Shown here: positions 50,473-62,041 of the stretch, one piece after another | How positions within the stretch are numbered: position 1 is the stretch's first letter | How the letters are laid out: each line of letters begins with the position of its first letter | Assembly (NCBI GenBank): GCA_963726745.1 | Contig: CAVSDR010000003.1 | Location: forward strand, 1,116,078-1,180,077 | Direction of reading: 5' to 3' | DNA from: an uncultured Verrucomicrobiae bacterium | Lineage (GTDB): Bacteria; Verrucomicrobiota; Verrucomicrobiia; Chthoniobacterales; UBA10450 | DNA: 64,000 bases | Translations under genes and position numbers: made by a program | Notes under the pieces: model-generated | Database searches by the model: none | What the model saw: the letters and a program-made list of their open reading frames with translations, nothing else | Told to the model about the DNA's origin: nothing

Positions 50473-52428
50473 TTAGCCAGCCATTTGGCCAGGATGAAGC
50501 CCGACCGCCGCCCCGTCTCCCACCTCAATGGCGCCACGCACCGCAAAGATCTCCAAAGGCGCGTTGTGCCCGCTCACCATCGCCGGGGGCAGCGGCGTGA
50601 CCTCGAACTCCTCCTGCACCAAGCCGCGCACGCTTCGGCTGATGATCAGATCCGCGCCCGCTTTCTTGGTCAATTCCTGGAGCTTCCAGGTCACGTTGAC
50701 CACGTCACCGATAACGGTGAACTCCATGCGCTCAGCCGAGCCGATGTTCCCCACGACCACGTCGCCCTGGTTGATCGCCAGGCCGATCCGCAGTTCCGGC
50801 AAGCCGCGGGTGCGCCAGGCCGCGTTCAGGCGCACCAGTTCCGCGCGCATTTCCAGGGCGGCGCGGACGGCGCTGCTGGCGTCTTCCTGCGTCCCCTCCG
50901 TGCGCACGTTGCCCCATACGGCCATGAGCGCGTCGCCAATAAATTTATCCAGCGTGCCGCCGTGGCGGAAGACAATCGCGACCATCGCGGTGAGGTATTC
51001 GTTTAGCTGCGAGACCAGCGCATGCGGATCGGTCTGCGCGCCCAAGGCGGTGTAGCCGCGGATGTCGGAGAAGAGCACCGCGACCGGTTTGATCACGCCG
51101 CCTAACGACTCCTGGAAACTGGCAGGCTGGTCGAGCAGTTCGCGGACAACGTTGCGCGAGACGTATTTCTCCAGCGTCCGCCGGACTCGCTTCCGCTCCA
51201 GCCGTTCGCGGGTGAAATCCGCCAGGGTGCCGAGGAGCACAGTCCCGTTGAGCTCGAGCAGGCCGGGAAGACACGGAACCGAGAGATTGAGGTGGTTGTA
51301 GGCTTGCAGCGCCAGCCACACGAGCGCGCCATTGGCACCGAGAAGCGCAAGCAGCCGCAGCCAGGGCGAACCGACCCCGAGCGTAAGCACGACCGCGAGC
51401 AGACCCGCCAGCAAGACCACGCCGAGGACGCCGGGCGCAGGCAGTTCGCGGATGAATTCGCCCTGGAGGGCGGCGTTCATCGCATTGAGGTGGATTTCCG
51501 GCCCGGGCATCGAACCGAAAGGCGTCCGGTGTTCGTCGTGCTGCCAGTTTCCCTCGGCGCCGATGAGCACGATCTTGTCCCGGAAGAACTCGCCGTTTTT
51601 GTAATTCCGCTGCCAGTATTCCGGGACGAAAATCTCAAAGACCGAGCGCGGTGGAAAACCAGCTCGGGCCGATCCCGCATAGCGGAAAGTCTGGTCGCCC
51701 AGCCCGGCCGGGACAGCCTCGGGATAGCCGGCCTTCTCCAACGCGCGTCCCGCGAGCGAGAGAAATTGCTCCGAGGTCGCGTCGGGCGAAAGACCTTGGA
51801 TTTGTTCAAAGGTCACGCGGTAGTTGGCGCGGCGGACGACGTCGTCCGCATCCGGCCAGAAATTCGTGAACGCCACCCGCGCGTCCATGGGCGTGGTTTG
51901 GGGGACGAGCGAATCGGGAGGCCGGGTGTGGGCCGCGCCCACGCGCGCCAATCCGCTCCACGACGGGTCCACGAAGTTGCTGCCAATAATCACGTGGTCG
52001 CGGTAGCGCTCGAGCGCCAGGCGAAAGGGCTCGTCGCCATCAGTCGGCGTGGGAAAAGTGAGATCGAACGCCACCACCTTGGCCCCGGCTTTGACCAGGC
52101 GCTCGACGATCAAGGCATAGGTCTCGCGCGGCCAGGGAAACCGATGCGTCATCGCCTTGAATGCGCGCGCTTCGATCGAGGTTTGGTCATGCAACTCGTA
52201 GAGCTGCTCGGCGTCGGTTTCCTCCTCCAGGCCGACCGAGTCGGAATCAATCGCGAGGAAAACCAGATGCTCATCGGGTAAGGCGGTGCGGCCAAGGCGC
52301 GCGATCGCATCCGCCGAGAGATGGTGCAGCCGCTGATAGATCAACGGCTGAAAGCGATCCAGGAGGCAGAGCAGGCCAAAAATCGCCACCGCCAAGGCGA
52401 AAGGCGTGGCCGCGCGTCGTGGAAGCAT
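50473..52428 (-). CDS. CHASE2-domain class III adenylate cyclase
   Basis: FPWPR, GAKVVAFD, DADDVVRR, DKIVLIG, TPFGSMPGPEIH, 3 TM; FSDIRGYT, DKFIGD, GNIGS, FTVIGDVVN. Confidence 0.92.
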   Translation of the reverse strand: MLPRRAATPFALAVAIFGLLCLLDRFQPLIYQRLHHLSADAIARLGRTALPDEHLVFLAIDSDSVGLEEETDAEQLYELHDQTSIEARAFKAMTHRFPWPRETYALIVERLVKAGAKVVAFDLTFPTPTDGDEPFRLALERYRDHVIIGSNFVDPSWSGLARVGAAHTRPPDSLVPQTTPMDARVAFTNFWPDADDVVRRANYRVTFEQIQGLSPDATSEQFLSLAGRALEKAGYPEAVPAGLGDQTFRYAGSARAGFPPRSVFEIFVPEYWQRNYKNGEFFRDKIVLIGAEGNWQHDEHRTPFGSMPGPEIHLNAMNAALQGEFIRELPAPGVLGVVLLAGLLAVVLTLGVGSPWLRLLALLGANGALVWLALQAYNHLNLSVPCLPGLLELNGTVLLGTLADFTRERLERKRVRRTLEKYVSRNVVRELLDQPASFQESLGGVIKPVAVLFSDIRGYTALGAQTDPHALVSQLNEYLTAMVAIVFRHGGTLDKFIGDALMAVWGNVRTEGTQEDASSAVRAALEMRAELVRLNAAWRTRGLPELRIGLAINQGDVVVGNIGSAERMEFTVIGDVVNVTWKLQELTKKAGADLIISRSVRGLVQEEFEVTPLPPAMVSGHNAPLEIFAVRGAIEVGDGAAVGLHPGQMAG

Positions 52429-52504
52429 GCACCTCGAGCAAGCCAATCACGTGCCTGCCGAAGATGAATCCACGTAGCGGCATGAGCGTTGCTAAGACCC
52501 AATC

Positions 52505-53450
52505 GTGACTTTCCCCCGATTCACATCGGTCTTTTGCCTACTCGCCCTGATGCCTGGCCTCGCGCTGGGACAGTCGGTAGTGAATAGCGCCCTGCAGCAG
52601 TCGCTCGCCGTCGATCGCGCGTCGTCGGCTCCGGTCGCCCCGGCAGTCACCTCCGATGGCGCGGCCCTTCCCGTCGCTGAAAGTGCAGACCCCGATGATT
52701 CCAGCTTCGGGCAGCAGCAGATCCTGAAGTCCCAGCCCCGCCAGTATGCTTTCACCGTCAGCGGCGACAGCTCCCTCTTCTATACCAGCAATGCCGCGCT
52801 GACCCGGTCTGGTGAAATTGCCGACTATTTCCTGGTGGCGAATTTCGCCGCCGGCTGGGACCGGGCGGTCACCAGACAGCTTGCCCTGCAGGCAGGACTG
52901 CGTGGTTCCATTTTTCGTTACCGATCCACCAGCGCGCTCGACTTCCAAAGCCTCGGGGCCGGGGTGGGGCATCGCCTGGACGCCCGATTGGGCGCGCGGC
53001 TCCCTGCTTTCCGCCCGCTACGATTTCTCGGAGCTGATCGATCGGCACGGGGGCGAACTTCTGCAGGATCACCAACTGTTCCTGGGCGCGCAACGCGGGA
53101 TCTCCCTCGGTCGCGCGCAAGCGTTGACCTTCGGCCTGACAAGCTCGGCGGGGATCACCCACCCGGCCACGTCGCAACGAGTGCAGTTGAATTTGATGGC
53201 GGCCTACCATGTCCAGCTCGCGCGCGCCTTTGATGCGGATCTGAGCTACCGGGTGGGCGGCTCGTTCTACTCCCAAGCGGACCGGGACGACCTGAATCAA
53301 TTCCTCAACTTGAGCTTGAGCTATCGGCTTCGCTCCTTTGCCGTTCTCAGCGCCTTCTGCTCGGCCGGCAAAAATCTCTCGAGCGCCGAAGTTTTTGACT
53401 ACGAAGTCCTCACCGCGGGTTTGGGGCTAAGCCTCACCGTCCGATTCTAG
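52505..53450 (+). CDS. Outer-membrane beta-barrel protein (apparent frameshift in G run near 52965)
   Basis: Signal peptide, YTSNA, alternating amphipathic strands, C-terminal LSLTVRF. Confidence 0.72.
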
Positions 53451-53516
53451 TTTTTATAACATCAGGACCGTCACGGCCCACACCCTGCTCTCTTTTAGGG
53501 GAATTCCTTACCCTCC

Positions 53517-56500
53517 ATGAAAAAAGCCTTACTCTTCGCCGCCGCATTCGTTCTTCTCAGCCGGCCCGGTGCCGAGGCCGGGCCTTTGACGGAAGCGCGA
53601 GTGACCAAGATCATCAACGATGTTCGGCTGGTCGACCCGGCGACCGGTGCGCGCGCCGCTGCGGTTAACGACCTGATTAAAGAGGACCTCGGTTTGCGCA
53701 CTGGCTTGAAAAGCCGCTCCGAGTTGCTCTTCCAGGACGAGACGCTCACCCGCATCGGGCCCGAGACCTTCTTCAGTTTCCGCCCCGGCACCCGCGACCT
53801 CACGTTGCAACAAGGCACCATGCTCTTGCAGGTGCCGAAAGGTTTGGGCGGGGCCAAGATTCACACCGCGGCCGTGACTGCCTCGATCACCGGGACCACG
53901 ATCATGATCGAGTATCTCCCGAAGCAGCACATCAAGGTGCTGGTGCTCGAGGGAAGCCTGCGGCTTTCGGTCAATGGCCGGGTCGGTGATTCGCTCCTGC
54001 TTTTACCCGGCAAGATGGTCATCATGGCGCCGGATGCGAAGCGCATCCCGGAGCCGGTATCGGTGAACCTGGCCCTCTTGGTGAAGACCTCGTCGCTGGT
54101 GAACTTTGCCCAGGAAGGGGAGACCGCGCAGCCGCTGCCGAGCCTGCCTTTGATCGAACGCGAAATCGCGGAGCAGGGGAAACAGAAAGGCCGCACGGAG
54201 TTGCTCGAGACCAATCTCGTCATCGCCGGCCACGGGACCAAGGTCACGATGGTAGGCGACACCACGGTCGAGCAGATCGCGCCCGCCAACGAGATCTTGC
54301 TGGCTAAAGCTGAGCCCACGCCGACGCCCGCGCCTCTTCCTTCTGCGACTCCGCGCCCGATCTCGACACCTACGCCACACTCACTCCCACTCCGCAAAGC
54401 ACACCAACACCAACCGCGACCCCGTTGACTTCGCCGACGCCAAGCCCTGCGCCGACCGTCACACCCACCGCCACCCCGGCACCTACCGCCACGCCCACGC
54501 CAGCGCCCACTGCCACGCCAATAGCGACAGTCACCCCAACGCCGCTCCCCTCCGCGACGCCGATCGTGACTCCCACCCCGGCGCCAACGGCGACGCCGAG
54601 CGCCACCGCCACCCCGCTGCCGACCGCGACGCCGCTCCCCACCGCCACTCCCGCGCCCACGGCGACCCCGATTCCTACTGCGACTCCGCTGCCCACGGCC
54701 ACGCCAGTGCCGACCGCGACGCCAGTGCCGACTGCGACGCCAGTGCCGACTGCGACGCCAGTCTGCCCACGGCTACGCCGCTCCCGACGGCTACGCCCAC
54801 AGCCACGCCGTTGCCTACGGCCACGCCGACGGCTACTCCCACGGCCACTCCTGTTCCCACGCCGGCACCGACAGCTTTCCCGGGCGCAAGTCCGACGCCG
54901 AATCCTGCACCGACGCCGAACCTGAATCCGGCGCCGGCCGGCACTCCTCCGCTCATCTCAAGTGGCGGGCCTTACATCCTCAAGTCCTCCACCGTGATCG
55001 ACACCTCACGCGTGGCGCCGGCGATCACCACCGATGCCGTCACGGACGCCGGATCCTTTTTCCGGAGCGTGGCTGCGAACGGTTCGCCCTCGGCCTTTCT
55101 CTTCGGCGCGACCTCGGCGTTCGATAACCAGGTCAACTTCGACAACCAGTTTGCCAGCGACTTCTCGAACACGGGCGTCTATCGATTCTCCGCGCTGCAG
55201 ATCGAGGGCAATCCCACCTTCGTTACCCGCGACGGGGCGAATCGCATTGGCTTGATCGCGCAAACAGACATCACCTCGTCGTCCCTGGGCGGAAACGTCA
55301 ACCTGAGCGGTCTCGACAGTCTTTTCCTGGGGACCGTGAGCGGCTCCATTTCCTTAAGCGACCGCTTCAGCTTCACCAAGGCCGACGGTAGCGCCTTCAA
55401 GCTGATCCAGCTCTATGCGCGTAACGGCAGCGTGAACTTCGGCTCCTCGATGAACCTCAAGGATGCGAACCTCAGTCTCTACGCGCAGCAGAACGTCACC
55501 ATTGATTCCACCGCCAGCATTTTGGCCAACTCCGCCATCCTTACCGGGCTGGGCGCGACCACGATTAATGGCTCGCTTTCCGCGCATTTCGCACAGGTCT
55601 ATGCAGGCACCAACCTGGTTGTAAACGGCAGCATCGCGGCCGAGACGATCTACGGCTTTGGCGGCACCGGCACGATCAGCGGTTCATTTAGTGGACGAGA
55701 TGTTTCCCTGCAGACAGGCGGCGACTTAACCCTGACCAGCGCCGGGTCCCTTAGCTCGGCCGACAAACTCACCGTCGTCACTGGCGGCGCGCTCAATCTC
55801 GCCGGCTCCACCACGGACCTCGAGGATGCCAGCAGCTCAAGCAAAACCTACACGCTCCAGGCCGGGACCGACCTGAACTTAAGCGGCGTGCTCACCGCTT
55901 CCTACACGCTCAACGCCAGCGGCCGCACGGCGAACCTAAGCAATCTCGTCACCGGGAAAACAGTTAACTTCACCCTTACGGACGACTTCAACATGGTTAA
56001 CCCCGGGAAGATCAACAGCAACGACCTCACGATCACCACAGGCGGCGCGATCAACCTCGGCGCGGTCAATAACACCAGCGGGATCGTCCTCAAATCAGGC
56101 GGCAACATCAAACTCCCGAGCGGCGCGATCGCCTTCAACGGCCCCGTGACCACGAAAAACCTGACCGCCATCGGCACCACCTTGACCGCAAAGGCACCGG
56201 TTACCGGTCAGCAATTAACCCTGAACGCCTCGGTCGACTTTATCTCCGCCGTCGGCGGTAATCTGACGGGCACAGGACCAGGCAGCAGCCTTTTGATCAC
56301 CGCGGCTAATTTGGTCACCTTGAGTGGCCTAACGACCGGAAACAACATCACGGTTACCTCCGGCACAGGTGGCAACGCCGGCGTCCTGGCGATCAACGGC
56401 GCCATCCAGGCGCAATCGAGCCTGACCGCAAACGCGCCCGCAACGACCCTGAACGCGGTCGTGAGCGGCAAGGACGCGAGCTTTAATTCCGGCACCGTTT

Positions 56501-59217
56501 TCGCCATGACCGGCGTCGGCGGCTTCAACCTCACGGGCGACGCCACGATCGCCGCCTCCAGGACCCTGACTCTCGACGGCCCCATCACCACGCTGGGTAA
56601 TCTGACCTTGAACGGCCTCGCCACGATCAACGCCAACAGCAGCATCAGCAGCCAGGATGTCACCGTGGCCGGAACCAACGTCACCTTCGCCGGCGGGATT
56701 TCTGCGAAGCATTTTACGGTCAATAACCAGGGCGACTTGCTCCTCAGCGGCACGGGCTCCCTCACGGCGAGCGATGTGGTCAGCTTGACCGCGAGGAATG
56801 GGGTGACGCTCAATGGCGCGTCCTCCGGAAAATCTTTCCTCATCTCCGCCGGAAAAGACCTAACGACCAACGCGGTCATGCAAACGCCCGGCAGCTTTGT
56901 CGCGACGACCAGGAACGCTTACATCAATCAGTCGCTCAACGCCGACAATGCCACCTTCAATGTCGTGACCGATTTCGAGCTTAGCCCAACCGGGGCGATA
57001 ACCACTGGTCACGACATCAACATTACCTCCAGCGGACGGGACATTACGCTGAGCGCCGCCACCAACTCGGGGAAGCTGAATCTCACCGCGCTCAAGGGGA
57101 ACGTGACCATGGATGGAAACGCGCAAGCGCAGGCGATGACGATCACGGGCAAGAAGGCCTTCATCGGCGGCAGTCTCAACTCCACCGGCGATTTGAACTT
57201 TGCGATGTCGCAAGACTTCATCCTTAAGACCCCTGGTAGCCTAACGACCAATGGCAACATCATCATCGCCGGCCAGGGCATCACCCTGGGCGGGAGCAGC
57301 ACCGGCAACACCTATAAGCTGACCGGCACGAAAGACCTGACCGTGGATGGCACCGTGGGCGCGCAGGATTTTCAAGCCACCGCGGCTTCCGCGATCTTTA
57401 ACTCCACTCTCCTAAGCGCGAAAAACATCGCGCTGACGCTGAATGGAGATTTAACCACTGGGGCGAGCAGCAACCTTTCCGCAGCGTCCGGCTTTACCGG
57501 CACCGCGACTGGCTCCGCCTACCTTTCGGGCGCTTTGACGGCGCCGACGATTGCGCTCACGGCAACCAAAGACCTCTTCGTCAACAACGGCTCGCGTCTC
57601 CAAGCTTCGCGCTCGCTCAACCTTAGCGGCGCCACCGCGACCATCGCCGGCATCGTGAATTCACCCACGGTGTCCATCACTGGAACCAACGGGATCACCT
57701 TTGACGCCGCGACGGGTTATCTCTCGGCCGACAATGTGACGTTAAATTCCCCCACGGGAATTTTGACCCTGGCCTCGGCGACGAATGGCACTGGCGGTGT
57801 CGATGCCGCCCGCCTGCAGTCGCTCAACGCCACTGCGGACAGCGTCATTCTCCTGAGCAGCTTCGCCCTCGCGCCGAGTTCATCGAATCTCACCATCGGG
57901 TCGGGCGGCGTGACCGCGACCGGCTTCGACGTTTCAGGATTCGACAAGATTACCCTTAACAGCAGCAGCTACCTCGGGCGCGATCTCTCGGTCAATACCC
58001 TCACCTTTAACGTCAAAGGCGATCTCATCCTCACCGGCAATCTCTACGCCGCGCAAAAAGCGACCACGTCGGGTGGCGTAGTCATCGTCGACGGAATGGT
58101 CGGTGGCGGCGATATCCTCGCCACCAAGATCACCGCTGGTGGAAGCAGTGCCGCCAGCCTGACTGCGACCAGTCTCCTGACCTTGGGCGCAGAGGGGATT
58201 GTTTCCGGGAGCACCGTGGGCACCAAGTCGATCAACGCTCCTTCGATCAAGTGGGGCACGGGTGGAGTCGCACTCGGTGGCGCCGCCGGCACGGCCGCCC
58301 TCGCGCCCGGCGCTGCTTCCAGCCTCGACGTGACGACCAGCGCCCTCGCCATCGGGGCGAACAACACCGACCTGAAGAGCGTGGAGCTCTCCGGCGGCGA
58401 TGCCGATCCGACGCGCAATGATGCCGGCGGCAACGGCGGCAGCTTCAGCGTGACCACGACCGGCGCGATCACGGTCGACGCCCCGATCACGGCGACCACC
58501 GGATTAAACAGCAAGAGCGGCACCAGCGGCGGCAATGGCGGCAACGTCAATTTGACCGCAAACGGAGCCGTGACCGTCAATTCCAAGATCGAAACTTCCT
58601 CCAATGATGGCGGCCGCCGCGCCAGCGCCAAAGGCGGCAAGATCACCCTCACGAGCAAGGCCACGACCAACAGCGGAATCACCGTCGGGAGCAGCGCCCA
58701 GTTGCTCGCGCTCTTGAGCAACGCCGCTCCGGGGCCCGGCGGGACGATCAAGTTCAGTTCCTCCGGCGGCGACATCAACATGAGCGGCACGGCCAAGGCG
58801 GACCGGGGCACGATCGACATCCAGAACAGCGGCAAGCTCGGAAAGGTGAACCTCACCAACAGCACCCTCAGCGCGGATGTGGTCAAAGCGGGCGCGCTCG
58901 GGTCGAACGGCACCCTGACGGTCAATGGCGGCACGCTCTCCGCTGATTCCGCGCTCAAGCTCTACGCAGGTGGAAGCAGCGGCACGATCCTCTTTGCCGG
59001 CAATGTGACCTTGAACGGAAACAGTGTGAAGACGATCGCGGCCAACACGGTCACGATCGCCAATGGCAAGGTGGTCACGATCGGCGGACCGCTGCCGGCA
59101 AACGTGTTCACGAATACGCCAAATTATACCGGCTTCGGCGGGAATAATTCCACCAGCGGAACCTTCGCTGGCACCGGTGCTGCTACCAAACCGTTGCTTC
59201 TCGCACCCGGTTATTAA
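53517..59217 (+). CDS. Large secreted FecR-domain / Pro-Thr linker / beta-helix-like protein (~1900 aa if joined; frameshifts near 54380-54420 and 54765)
   Basis: Signal peptide; RTGLKSRSELLFQDETLTRIG...TASITGT FecR-like domain; TATP repeats; G/T/S/A/N-rich passenger; ends APGY; same architecture as intact paralogue at 59852. Confidence 0.8.
54313..54935 (+). repeat. Degenerate 18-nt tandem repeat encoding PTATP(L/V/A/I)
   Basis: e.g. consecutive CCGAC(C/T)GCGACGCCAGTG units around 54710-54762. Confidence 0.85.
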
Positions 59218-59237
59218 CCAGCACTTTCACCAAACTC

Positions 59238-59741
59238 ATGCCCGAGACCGCCGCGATTCATTCCCTCGAAAACTTCCGCCTCTTCTCGAATAATCGCCTC
59301 TTCGAAGGCATCGCGGGCGACGTCCTGGTGGATCTGCGCGACGAGCTCCAGTTCTCCGAGATGGAGGCGGGGGAAATCGTTTTCCGCGAGGCGGAACCAG
59401 GCGATTCCCTTTACCTCATCGGCCGCGGTTCCGTGCGCATCTACAAGGAATCGCTCGGCGGCCAGCAGGAGACCTTGAGCGTGATCCAGGCAGGGAATTT
59501 CTTTGGCGAAATGTCGCTGCTCGATGGCCAGCCGCGCAGCGCCACCGCGGTGACCTCGGAGTGGACTTTGCTCGCCCGGGTGGACAGTTCCACTTTCCAG
59601 CACATTCTCGAACTCGCGCCCAACCGGCTGCATTTGAATTTCCTCCGCTCCGTCTCCGAGCGGTTGCGCAGCGTTAACACCCAGCTCATGGCCGAAGTCA
59701 TGCGGGCCGAGAGCCTGGCCGCGCGCATCGGGTCGCGTTAG
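59238..59741 (+). CDS. Stand-alone cyclic-nucleotide-binding domain protein
   Basis: GEIVFREAEPGDSLYLI, GNFFGEMSLLDGQPRSATA, SERLR. Confidence 0.9.
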   Translation: MPETAAIHSLENFRLFSNNRLFEGIAGDVLVDLRDELQFSEMEAGEIVFREAEPGDSLYLIGRGSVRIYKESLGGQQETLSVIQAGNFFGEMSLLDGQPRSATAVTSEWTLLARVDSSTFQHILELAPNRLHLNFLRSVSERLRSVNTQLMAEVMRAESLAARIGSR

Positions 59742-59851
59742 CACTCGTTAGGCGAGGCCTCGCTGATTTTTTCCGGGGCTTTCTGATAATTTCCAGACTG
59801 GCGGGCCTGCCGCTTGCTCTCTCCGAGAGCAGGGAATTGCTCACCACAATC

Positions 59852-62023
59852 ATGGACAAACGTTTCTTCTTCACTGCCGCCCTGCTCACGGGACTCTTCG
59901 CTGGCGCGAGCCAGGCCGGTCCGCTCACCCGCGCCAAGGTCACCAAGATCGTCAACGACGTCCGCGTGGTCGATCCCGCGGTTGGCGGCCATCCCGCCAC
60001 GCTGGCGGAATCGATCCACGACGATCTGCGCTTGAAGACCGGCGTGAAGTCCCGCTCCGAGCTGCTTTTTGAGGATGACACCCTCACGCGCATCGGGCCG
60101 GAGAGCTTCTTCAGTTTTCGCCCCGGCACCCGCGACCTCGAACTCCAGCAAGGCACTTTGCTTCTCCAGGTGCCGAAAGGCCTCGGCGGCGCCCGCATTC
60201 GCACCGCTGCAGTCACGGCCTCGATCACCGGCACCACCATCATGATGGAAAACGTCCCCGGCCGGCCGCTCAAGGTGCTTGTGCTCGAGGGCAGCCTGCG
60301 CCTGGCGATGAACGATCGCGCGGCTGACGCGGTCACGTTGACTGCCGGCAAGATGGTCACCGTGCCGGTGGGCGCGACCAAGATGCCCGCGCCCGTCTCG
60401 GTGAATCTGGCGCGCGTCATGGAGACGTCGGCCTTGGTCAACATGGATCCTGCCGGCCAGCCGCTGCCGAGCGCAAATTTGATCGCGAGCGAAATCAGCG
60501 CGCAGAGCCAACGAGAGGATTCCCTGGAAGGGAAAGTGGAACTCGCCGGCGACCAGATGTTCGACGCGCTCGCAAAGAAAAACTCCGTGAGCACGAGCGT
60601 GCCTGATCCCGTGGCCGCGACCCCTACGCCAGGACCCGCAGTCACCCCGGCCGCCACGCCCACACCGACATCGACTCCAACCCCAGGCAGCACCCCGACT
60701 CCCGGCCCGGTGACTACGCCGACTCCAACGCCGGCAACCACCGCCACGCCCGCGCCCACTGCGGCACCGACGCCCAGCGCAAGCCCCGTGGTGATCGCCA
60801 ACGTGCGCGACCTCACGATTAACTCGCCCCTCGTCGGCCCCAGCTTTCGTCTTTTGGCCGGAAAGGATCTCGAGGTGAATGCCTCCATTACCGCAAGCAT
60901 GCTCTCCTTCGCCGCGGGCGGAAACGCGACCATCGATGGACTCGTTAGGGCGAAGGATCTTTCCGGGGTTGTAGGCAATTCCCTGGAAGTGAATCGCTCG
61001 CTCGACGTGGACAACATCACCCTCACCCTGGGCGAAAGGCTGAAGCTTTCCGTGCCCTTGGTCGCGCCCGCGGCAGCCGGCACCGTCTCCGCCGCCCCGG
61101 CCGATGGTCGCAGCCTCTCGCTTTCGCTCGACTCGTTAGACCTCAACACCGTCGGTTCCGGCAAGCTCGCCCCGGTGACGCTCAACGGCGGCGACGCTGC
61201 AGCCGCCAGTCAATTTGCCGGCGGTTCCGGCGGCTCCTTGACCATCGGTGCGGTCGACGCGCCTACGAAGGGAGGCATCACTTTCTCGGCGCCGCTCCAT
61301 GTCACCACCGGCGCAAACGGTCACGACGTCGCCTTCGGCGGCCAGGGTGGCCATGTCGCTGTCTATTCGAAGGACAAGATCGCGGTCAAATCGACCATCC
61401 AGGTTTCGAGTTCCACTGCGGGCCGCGCCAGTGCTCGCGGCGGCGACATTCTCCTCGACAGCCGGCGCACCAAGGATGTCGCGATCGAGATCGGCACCTC
61501 CAGCCAGCTCCTCGCCTTGCTCGACGCTGCCGCTCCCGGGCCAGGCGGCTCCGTGACCATCGTCGCCGCCGGCGGCAGCATTAAAATGAACGGCACCGCG
61601 CGCGCCGACCGCGGGAAGGTGGAGCTGCGCAACGAGGGCAACAAAGGCGAAATCACGCTCTCGAAGGCCGATCTCCGCGGCGACGTGGTCAAGCTTGGCG
61701 TCCTCGGGAATGACGGCACCCTCACCATCGGCGGAGGCACGATCGACGCGAACTCGGTGATCAAACTCTACGCCGCCGGAAGCAACGGCAGCGTCGTCTT
61801 CAACGACAACGTCACCCTGAGCGGGAACAGCGTGAAGACGATTGCCGGCAACACCGTCACGATCAACAACGGCAAAGTCGTCACCGTCACCGGTCCCGCG
61901 CCTGCGAGCGTCTTCACCAATAAGCCAAACTACAGCGGCTCCGGCGGCAATGGCACCACCACCGGCACCTTCGGCGGCGCCGGAGCGACTACCCACGCCT
62001 TCACCGCCGCGCCCGGCTACTAG
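59852..62023 (+). CDS. Secreted FecR-domain / Pro-Thr linker / beta-helix-like protein, short paralogue
   Basis: Very similar FecR-like N-domain and C-terminal ~280 aa to 53517-59217; ends APGY. Confidence 0.88.
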   Translation: MDKRFFFTAALLTGLFAGASQAGPLTRAKVTKIVNDVRVVDPAVGGHPATLAESIHDDLRLKTGVKSRSELLFEDDTLTRIGPESFFSFRPGTRDLELQQGTLLLQVPKGLGGARIRTAAVTASITGTTIMMENVPGRPLKVLVLEGSLRLAMNDRAADAVTLTAGKMVTVPVGATKMPAPVSVNLARVMETSALVNMDPAGQPLPSANLIASEISAQSQREDSLEGKVELAGDQMFDALAKKNSVSTSVPDPVAATPTPGPAVTPAATPTPTSTPTPGSTPTPGPVTTPTPTPATTATPAPTAAPTPSASPVVIANVRDLTINSPLVGPSFRLLAGKDLEVNASITASMLSFAAGGNATIDGLVRAKDLSGVVGNSLEVNRSLDVDNITLTLGERLKLSVPLVAPAAAGTVSAAPADGRSLSLSLDSLDLNTVGSGKLAPVTLNGGDAAAASQFAGGSGGSLTIGAVDAPTKGGITFSAPLHVTTGANGHDVAFGGQGGHVAVYSKDKIAVKSTIQVSSSTAGRASARGGDILLDSRRTKDVAIEIGTSSQLLALLDAAAPGPGGSVTIVAAGGSIKMNGTARADRGKVELRNEGNKGEITLSKADLRGDVVKLGVLGNDGTLTIGGGTIDANSVIKLYAAGSNGSVVFNDNVTLSGNSVKTIAGNTVTINNGKVVTVTGPAPASVFTNKPNYSGSGGNGTTTGTFGGAGATTHAFTAAPGY

Positions 62024-62041
62024 CATTCGCAGGAGCACACC

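Noticed and set aside
14335..54770. Pseudogenes or programmed frameshifting in split genes
   Set aside because: Affects essential genes, no shared slippery heptamer, no other decay; sequencing error is simpler
54313..54935. 18-nt tandem repeats as a CRISPR-like or non-coding array
   Set aside because: No spacers; variation is mainly at third codon positions of a Pro/Thr linker
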